Notes under the pieces: generated by a model
Told to the model about the DNA's origin: nothing
Seen by the model: the letters and a program-made list of their open reading frames with translations, nothing else
Databases searched by the model: none
Shown: positions 56,216 to 64,000 of the stretch, piece by piece
How the letters are laid out: each line of letters opens with the position of its first letter
How positions within the stretch are numbered: position 1 is the first letter of the stretch
Position numbers and translations under genes: made by a program
Assembly: GCA_004431415.1 (NCBI GenBank)
Contig: QPMI01000218.1
Span: 55,628 to 119,627 of the forward strand
Reading direction: 5' to 3'
DNA length: 64,000 bases
Source of the DNA: Cyanophora paradoxa CCMP329
Taxonomy: Eukaryota > Plantae > Glaucophyta

Positions 56216-57369
56216 GACCCCCGGTACAGTATTTCCCGGACCGGGTCCGATTTAGGAGCTCGGTCGGCGTGCGTGCCGGGGGGCGCCCTGCAAGCGTGAC
56301 CAACGCTCTCAGCTAGTTCGATAATGCCCGGATCGCAACTCGCCGCGTCCCCGGGCGAGCGGTGTGAGCTTCGGGCGGTCGGCAAGCGACCGGCACCTTC
56401 GGAGAGCCTCCGGAGCGGCGTGCCGGTCAGCAGGCGGCAGCAACGCCTCCAGAAGTGATAGTATAGCATACAAGATCTTTCTGGAATGCCGCGAGACACT
56501 CCCCGCCTGCCGACCCGCACCGCCCCGCGTAGCGCCTGCCGCGTCGCGCAAGCCTCGTAGCGCGGGCGCCCAGCGAGCAGCAGCGGCATCTCCCTGCCTG
56601 CAGGACACTATTGGTGCGCTGGTTTAGGTCGCGGGCAACAGTCGGTCGCGCGCAACAGTGCCGCTGACGAACGCGCAGGCCGATCGCCTGTCAGGAGCCT
56701 CTCCCGCTAGCTACTGCACCTGTAGATGCCACGGGGAGCCTCTCGGCTGTCCTACCATGCGGGTTTGCGGTCCGCGCGTCCGAGCGGCCAGCAGCAGCCG
56801 GGCGGCACGTTGGATTCGCCAGCCAACCTTCGGCCGGCGAGCTTTTCCGGCGTAGATAGCCTACAGCCGCCGGAAACAGCGTCCCGGGCTCCTTTTGCAG
56901 GCGTCCGCGCGCCTCGTCGGCTCACTGCCTCGGCGCACCTCGGACAACCGACAGCCGCGCGCCCAGGTGCGGCGCCGCCCGTCGTTCCTCGCGCAGAAAA
57001 GGATGATTGGAGGATCGCGCATGCTTAGGGCTCGTCCTGAAGCTGTTTCGCACAGGTCGGCCGGCGGCGTGCGGATTGCTTGCACCGTCGAAGGCGGACG
57101 ACGCACCGCGCACGCGCAACGCTCTGCAACATCTCTCCGGTTGATCCTGTTGCAGGCGAGCCGCGCCCGCTGCCGCGCTGCGCCCGAGCACCGACCCCCG
57201 CCGCAGTTTCATGGTCGCGCGGCCGCACCCGTGCGCTCCCGCCCAATCGCTGCGCATAGCCGTGATCCTCGTCTCAGATGCTCGCGAAACGACCGCGCGG
57301 GAGCGGGTCCTCCGCCGCTCCTTCCCCCCTCGCGGTGCTGGAGCTAAGCGGGCGCCCCGTCGCGGCGCT

Positions 57370-58300
57370 CGCCCAGGTACGCGGGGACCTTAGGGGAGGG
57401 AGAATCAACTTTCGGCCGACCACGTAGGCTTATAGAGGGCTTCAATACGAGTTTAAAAAGCATAGTCTCCGGTCCGGCAGATCACTTTTAGAGACGACTT
57501 CCTGGCACCGTTGCCGGGCCGCTGTGCCACGGGAATCGCTGCCGCGGGCGCGTTCTCTTATCCCGCGCATTAATCTGCATCTAACCTCAATCCTGGAACT
57601 CGCAGATCTCGCAGGCGAGCTCTCAACGCGAAACGGCTGAGGAGCTCCGGGCGTTTCGGGTGCGCGCTCGCCAGGGCGGCGATTCCTCCCAAAATTTTCT
57701 TAGCGGAGGCAGCTCCTCTGAGGGAGTAGAGTACGGGGAACCGCCTTTCGACCCCCTTCGATTCCGTGAGGAGCTTCCTTTGCGGATCTAGCGCCAGGGC
57801 CAGGGCGCCGCTCTTAAGCCCCATCAATCATCTTAAATGTCTCTTCAATGCGCTTCTCACATATTTTTGCCTCCCAGATTGTCGGGGATCGATCTGGCGC
57901 CCTCGTGGAGGCCGTGAAGGTCGGCGACGGCGTGCGCCGCCTCCAGGTCCGCGGGGACCTTAGGGGGGGGAGAATCAACTTTCGGCCGACCACGTAGGCT
58001 TATAGAGGGCTTCAATACGAGTTAAATGATCCTAGTATCGGGCCCGGCAGCTCACTTTTAGGGACGACTTCCTGGCACCGTTGCCGGGCCGCTGGGCCAC
58101 GGGAATCGCTGCCGCGGTTCCGCTCTCTTTCCCCGCGCACTAGCCTGCATCTAATCTCGAGTTCTGCTTGTTCAGATTTTGCAGGCGAGATCCCCACGCG
58201 AAACGGCTGAGGAGCTGCGCGCTTTTCTGGTGCGCGCTCGCCAGACCGCGGCGCCGCTCTTAAGCTCTTTGCATAATCTCAAATGACTCTTCAATGCGCG
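57370..58300. repeat. Two diverged direct copies of a non-coding repeat (~57370-57855 and ~57940-58300)
   Basis: Shared GGAGAATCAACTTTCGGCCGACCACGTAGGCTTATAGAGGGCTTCAATACGAGTT and downstream blocks at ~570 bp offset. Confidence 0.85.
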
Positions 58301-58863
58301 CTTCGACGTGCTTCTAGATCGCCCGGTTCTGAACGCCCCCCGCCTGACCTTATTCTGACATTATTCTGACACTATCCCCTAGAACGGACCTCCCGACCCG
58401 TCCCTGGCCACCGCAGGCGCGCCGGACCGCCGGACTTGTGCGGCCCGACGGCGACGGGTACGGGCAAGCGGTGCGTACCCCAACCGGGGGGTACATGATT
58501 TCTTAGTGACCTTCCTTCAGGTCCTCTTTTCTCGGCGCGGCGGCGGCGACGGACGGCTCCGCGCGGCTTCCCGTGCGCGTCTTGGCATGGCCAATCCACA
58601 CGCCGAGCGCGGCGCCCGGCGCCGCAGCCAGCGAGGAGCGGGGGCCCGAGATCTCGCCTGGAGAACCCTCTGGGCCGCCGCGCTCCTCTGCGCCTCCCCT
58701 ATTCCCGCGCGTGAGGATGCGCGGAGGTCGCTAGGATGATTCTTTGTCTAAATGTGCAGTAAAAATGCAGCGCGATGGTCGCTTTCGGCACAGCGGGGCA
58801 GTTTTCGCACGGTCAGCGGGCCCGGCTCGCTGAAGCGGGGTACGGGACGGCACCAGTACGGGG

Positions 58864-59152
58864 GGATCAGCTCCGCGGCCGGCGCGGGGGGCGGGCGGGG
58901 GCGGGGCGGCGGGCCTCGAGGGGCGGGCGTCGGCACTGGACGGCGCCGGCGAGACGGAGGCGCTGCGGGCGGCGGATCAGCTCCGCGGCCGGCGCGGGGG
59001 GCGGGCGGGGGCGGGGCGGCGGGCCTCGAGGGGCGGGCGTCGGCACTGGACGGCGCCGGCGAGACGGAGGCGCTGCGGGCGGCGGATCAGCTCCGCGGCC
59101 AGCGCGGGGGGCGGGCGGGGGCGGGGCGGCGGGCCTCGAGGGGCGGGCGTCG
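58864..59152. repeat. GC-rich tandem repeat, 110-bp unit, ~2.6 copies
   Basis: GGATCAGCTCCGCGGCC recurs at 58864, 58974 and 59084. Confidence 0.9.
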
Positions 59153-60144
59153 GCGAGGGGCGCCGTCCGCGCGGCCGCCGCTCGCGGGCGCGGCCGCGCG
59201 GCGTTGGAGGCTGCGCCCCGGGAGGCAGCGGCAGAAGGCCACGACGGGAGAGGTGTTCATGTCTGCGCGGCGGCGGCGGACGCGGCGGCGTCAGCAGGGC
59301 GCTCGGGCGGCCGCGCGTGCGGGGCGAGGCCCGGGCGGCCGCACCGAGGTCCATGGGATCGTAGGGCACGTCGCTGCTGCTGTAGAGAGCGAGCTCCGTA
59401 CCGCCACGCTCGGGCGGGCTCTCTGCGCGCGGGCGGATCGAATCCTACACGCACGCGCTGCGCCGCCGGCGGGCTCACCGAAGTGCTGCGCGATGCCTCC
59501 GACGTTGCTGGGGCCCGCCGCGCTGCTGCTGCTGCTGGCGCTCGCGTGCTCCGCGCTGGGGTCCGCTGCGAGCGCTAGCGCGTGCGTGAGGCCGCGGCAC
59601 GCGTGCGGCGCTGGAACGGGCGCCGCTCACGCAAGAACGATGCGCTCTGAGCCAGCATGAGGCACGGAAGCTCGATCTGGAGCGTGGAACTCGCTCCCGC
59701 TGCGTCTAAGTCAGGGCGGCGTGGCGGGAAGTCGACCGGGGGCCGTTCGCGGCCCGGACAAGCGCGCGTACGTGCTCTGATACATTCTGAGATGTTCGAG
59801 ATGCTTCTGGAGCGGCTGGGGCGCCCGCCGGCCCCGCTCCTGGAATCTGCGAAACCGTGCCGCACGGAATACTCGGCCCGGTTCCTATTATGAGCAATTG
59901 TTGAAGTTGCAGCACGAACCGCTCGATTCGATTGCTTGCTGCTGGGGCCCTGCATCGGCGCCCGACTTCCGGCGCTTGTCCCACGTAGCTTTCGCCTGCG
60001 CTTGCCGACTGGGATCCTTCTGCTTCTCCTTGCGCTTCCCGGTCTTCTCTCCCATCTTCAAGGGCCTTGGCCGGCCTAGCTGCACGCTAGCTACGTGCTC
60101 GGCGGCGCGCGCCCGGCTTTGCTGTACCCTGTTTTTGGACTTGG

Positions 60145-63100
60145 CTAATCGTTTTTTTAGGGGTCTAGCAGACTCTTACGGCCTCCTCCTCACTCCGCCT
60201 CCTCCCTCCTCCTCACCTGCGCCCCAGGACCCCGATTAGACGGTGTCCCGTTTTGTCAAGGTGAAGAAGGTGGTAGGAGGAGGAGATGAGGAAGGAGAGG
60301 GAGTGAGCGGAGGCAGCAGTTTGGGGCGGGCAGCGGATGCGGGGCAAGGCAGGGAGGGGTGCGGGGATAACAGAGTGGAGAGTTCGTGGGCACTGACAGG
60401 CGGCGCAGAGATCTGGGAGTGCGGAGGCGAGACGGGCCGCGAGGGGTCGGGAGGGGTCGACCGGGTTAGGGGGGGAGGGCGGAGCGAGGGGAGTGGCCGA
60501 AGCCATGGGGTTGGCCGAAGCCAGGGGGGTGGCCGAAGCCGATGGGGTGGCCGAAGCCAGGGGAGGGGCCGAAGCCGCTGGGGGGGCCGAGGCCTGGTGT
60601 GACTGGGGCCGGCTGGGGTTTGGTGTGTGAGGGTTAGTTTGGGTCGAGGGGGGCCGTGGGGCCGAGGGCGGCGTCTTGCGGGTTTCGTTGTCGATCGGAA
60701 GAGTTGGCTGGGGCGGGGAGAGGGGGGGAGAGTCAGCTGTGTGCGGCGTCGTGAGTGGTTTATACACGCCGGGTGTAAAGAGGGACGTGATTGTGGGTTG
60801 TCCCATGGGTATCGGCACCGTTCGCGCTTTTTTGGTCCTGCGCTTGGGGTCTTGCGGCCGGATGCTTTCGTTTCGTCGTAGGACGGGCGGGGCAGGTGCG
60901 GGGCGGAGGGGGAGGGATGACGGGGCACGGCGTTTGGGTGCGGAGCGAGGGTGTATCGGCTGTCCGTTTGCGCGAGCAGGCGACGGGCGTGGGCGTTTCG
61001 GGAGAGGGCCAGGGGGGGCCCCGTAGCGGGGCGTTTGGAAGGTTGAGCAGTGTTCATAGGGCCCGCAGGTGAGGCGGGCAGGACAACATCGTCGGGGTTC
61101 TCGGGTGACGGTCGTGATAGGGGTACCACAGGTTGGAAGGTAGGGCAGGGGATGATCTCGGGGCGGGCAGGGCATTTTCCTTTTCTGGCGTCGGAGTGAG
61201 CTTGGAGGGCAGCTGCGGAGGGGAAGCGGGTGCCGCAGGTGCAAGAGAAATCAGAGGTCCCGGCGGCGGGTCCTGCGGCGGGCGGCTGGGGGAGGGAGGG
61301 GGCCTGGGGTGGGGGGGCGGCAGGGAGTCGTGCAATTGTTTGGCGGAGATTCGCAAGGAGGACCCAAGGTTGGCCGTCCGAGCTCAATCCGCAGCAGAAG
61401 TTGGTGATGGAGATGGTGTCATGGAGGGAGGGGGCGGGGGGAGGATTGGGGGGAGGAGGGGGACCAGGCGGCTGCTCGGGAGGTGGGCGGTTGAGGCCTG
61501 CCCATTTGCGGTACCGGCGTTTGGTTCTGTCCGTAATGCCGTGACGGAACTCCCAAGCGTGATTGCGGGTGCAGCGGTCCCTCCAGATTGCACGCAGGTG
61601 TTGGTCGAGGAGCAGAGCTCGGTCTTTTTGGATTAGCGATGTGGTGGTCTTGTTGATGCCCAGGGCTGTGCAGAGGGCGGGCAATCCTGCTGGGGTACCC
61701 AGGCGCAGGAGGGCAGGGGCAGGGAAGGGGAGCATGTCAGCCAGGGCTGGGCTAAGCTTTTTCCATAGGGTGTCGGTGAGACCGGGGGGGCGGAAAAGGG
61801 CTGGATTTGCATTGGGAGAGAGGAGGGCGGATTGGAGGGGAGGTGGGGTCAGGGGAGACGAGGCGGAGGAAGGGGAAGAGTTCAAAGATAGTGTCGTCGT
61901 GTCCTAAGGGTTTGGGCGAATGGCGGAGAACCCGGGTGCGGAGGAAGGTCACGAGTGCGTCCTGGAAAGCTTGGAGGAGGAGATGAGCGGCGGGGCAAGT
62001 AAATATGTGAGCAAAGTCTTCGGGGGGGTGGGTTGTGGGGTCGGGCGGTCCGGGGTCTGCGGCCCCCGGAGGGGGGGGGGGGGGGAGGGGAGGGGGGGTG
62101 GGGAGGGGAGGGAGGGGGGGGAGACAGTGTCGTCCGGGATTGGGGCAGGGGTGGGAGAGAGGTGGCAGAAAGGGCAGTGGGCGGTGCCGTCAGGGAAGAG
62201 AGGGCCGTAGAGGTCGGGGTCGTGAAGGAGGCGGACGGTGAGGGAGGGGAGAGCTCCGAGAATGCATTGGAATCGGACCTTGCGGAGGTGGTCGCCTGTG
62301 GGGGTTCGGCGATCCGGCGGCTTATCGGATACGAGAGAGAGGGCCGGGGCAAGGGTGACGTGGGGGTTACTGAGGATGGCCCCCGCATTGCGAAGCTGGC
62401 GCCAGTCAAGGTATTGGGAGAGGGAGGCTTCGGCTAGGAAGTGAGAGCGGGGGTCTCCTTCGACGCGGTACGCGTGGAGTCGGCCTCGGTATGGTTCGAC
62501 TCCCGGGGCTGGGCGTGCGATGGCGGAGGTGGGAGGCCGACGCGGATGAGGAAGCATGTGAAACTGTGGGGGACGAAGAGGAGGGCTGAGAGGGGGGCGT
62601 TAGGGGCCGATTTGGCAAGCTTGTCGACGGCGTCATTGTGGAGGTTGTCGGGGGTGTAAGCTGGGTTCGGGATGCGGTTCTTGGCCGGGGTCCTGGCCGT
62701 CTCTTTCTTTGCGGCTGCTTTAGATGTTTTGGCGGACCTTGGTTGCGGCTGGGTGGCGTCCCGGTGAGCAGCTTCAGCTAGAATGGTTGCCGCTTCAAGT
62801 GGAGTCACGTGGGACGGTCGGAAGAGGCGGCGCGCTGTTGCCGAGGCTTCGTTGCGAGCCAGGTCGGCGAGCTGGGAGGCGAGTTCTTGTGCGTAGCGAG
62901 CGCCGGGAGGGGGGGGGGGTGGCAGGCCCTGCGGGGCGGGGCGGGGGAGACACAAGCACAGTGGGGGAGCGCGGGAGGGCTGGGTGGTCGGGGGAGGATG
63001 GTGGGGAGTCTAGCGTAGGCAGGGTACCGCCGGTGGAGACTGGGGGGCGGCGTGGCGGTTGGGTACGCCCCGGGAAGGTCGGTGGGGGTCTGAGGGCCGG

Positions 63101-64000
63101 GAGAGCGGGACTGCAGCATATCGGGTCAAGGGTGACGGACCCGTAACAGAGGCTGAGGGCTATATATTCGCGGTATTTGCGGAGCGCTGCAGCGTCGGTC
63201 TGAATGTAGGCGGGGGGGCGGGGCAGGTCCGACGGGGTAAGTGCGGAGGAGCGACTGAGTAAGTCAGCTGTAAGGAGAAGGAGGGGACCGCAGGCCGTGC
63301 TGTTGGGGGGCTGGAGAACGGAGAGGGATGTCTCCGGACGTAGGTAGGTCCACCTGCAAAATTGGGGGGAGGGGGGGGAGACTCCGGAGTCGCGCTGATT
63401 CCAGGTGGCTGCCAGGTCTTGTGCAAAGGAGACAAGGTGGTCGGGGACTTCGAGGGAGCCGTTGTGGAAGTAGAACGATCGCGTTTGAGGAAGGAGAACC
63501 AATAGATGCCAGTGACCCGGGGGGCCCTGGGGGTGCCAGGATCTTCGGGAGGGGGGGGTCGGCAAGGGGGTCGGTGGAATATGTTGGGTGGAGCGATAGG
63601 TAAGGATGGGAACGAGAACGAGGCGGGCTTTGAGAAGGCGTCCGTGAGGAAGGTATTGGTGCAGGGGGGGGAGAGCGGCGCCGCGGGAGTCAAAGTGGGA
63701 GGCTGCGCATGCACTAGCGGGGTATGAGCTGGACGACAGGAAGTAGGCAGGGTGGGGCGAGGCCAGGGCGGCTTCGCGGGAGGAGAGCAGGTCAAGGAAA
63801 GCTTCCACTAGGGGGAGGCTGAGGGCGGCTTTCGGCCGGAGATGGATAAGGTCGCCTCGACGAATGGGTGGGTAACAGTGAGGGTCGGCTCTGGGGGCAG
63901 GTGGAAGGGGAGGCTGCGACACGAGGGTTTGCTCCGCGCAGTAATCATTGTCTGCAAACCGGAAGGCATTCCCCAGCCAGCTTTGCTCCGCCAGCGTCAG
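60145..64000 (-). mobile_element. Non-LTR retrotransposon, 3' part: RNase H-like + Ulp1/C48 peptidase + CCHC zinc knuckle + C-terminal domain; frameshifts in G runs
   Basis: FADNDY, RPSHV, NDAVDKLAK (RNase H-like); HWHLLVL and QPPNSTACG (C48); CPFC...EDFAHIFTC; IWRDRC...WEFRHGIT; ends in a short A7 tail. Confidence 0.8.

Noticed and set aside
36600-60100. Numerous long Arg/Pro/Gly/Ala-rich ORFs on both strands
   Set aside because: Expected from very high GC and CCCCG-rich introns; real genes were inferred only from motif-bearing exons
30590-64000. Host species assignment
   Set aside because: GC-rich short-intron style fits several algae and protists; no marker gene in the window

Overview
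Eukaryotic genomic DNA in two parts. (1) Positions 1 to ~30,590 are an AT-richer, intronless, gene-dense endogenous Polinton-like virus (PLV); its left end lies outside the window. It encodes three fibre-like proteins, a patatin phospholipase with a frameshift-separated discoidin domain, two penton-like minor capsid proteins, a double-jelly-roll major capsid protein, an A32-type packaging ATPase, an AT-hook protein, a PolB-like/SF1 helicase/HNH fusion, an rve integrase, a tandem DUF5710-like protein, an S-adenosylmethionine decarboxylase and a Zn-finger protein, followed by a repeat-rich terminus. A 6.9-kb block of the structural module is tandemly duplicated (5912-12802 = 12804-19694). (2) Positions ~30,590-64,000 are a very GC-rich, short-intron host genome, probably a protist or alga (species not determinable). 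It holds a spliced secreted-protein gene abutting the virus, a MITE nest, an SDR, two MBD4-like glycosylase copies flanking an LRR gene, a Cys-rich/Val-Pro-rich secreted protein, non-coding repeats, and the 3' part of a non-LTR retrotransposon whose RNase H-like domain appears interrupted by a Ulp1/C48 protease. Single-base losses in C/G homopolymers are frequent and probably consensus errors. All family assignments come from motif recognition by eye; no searches were run.
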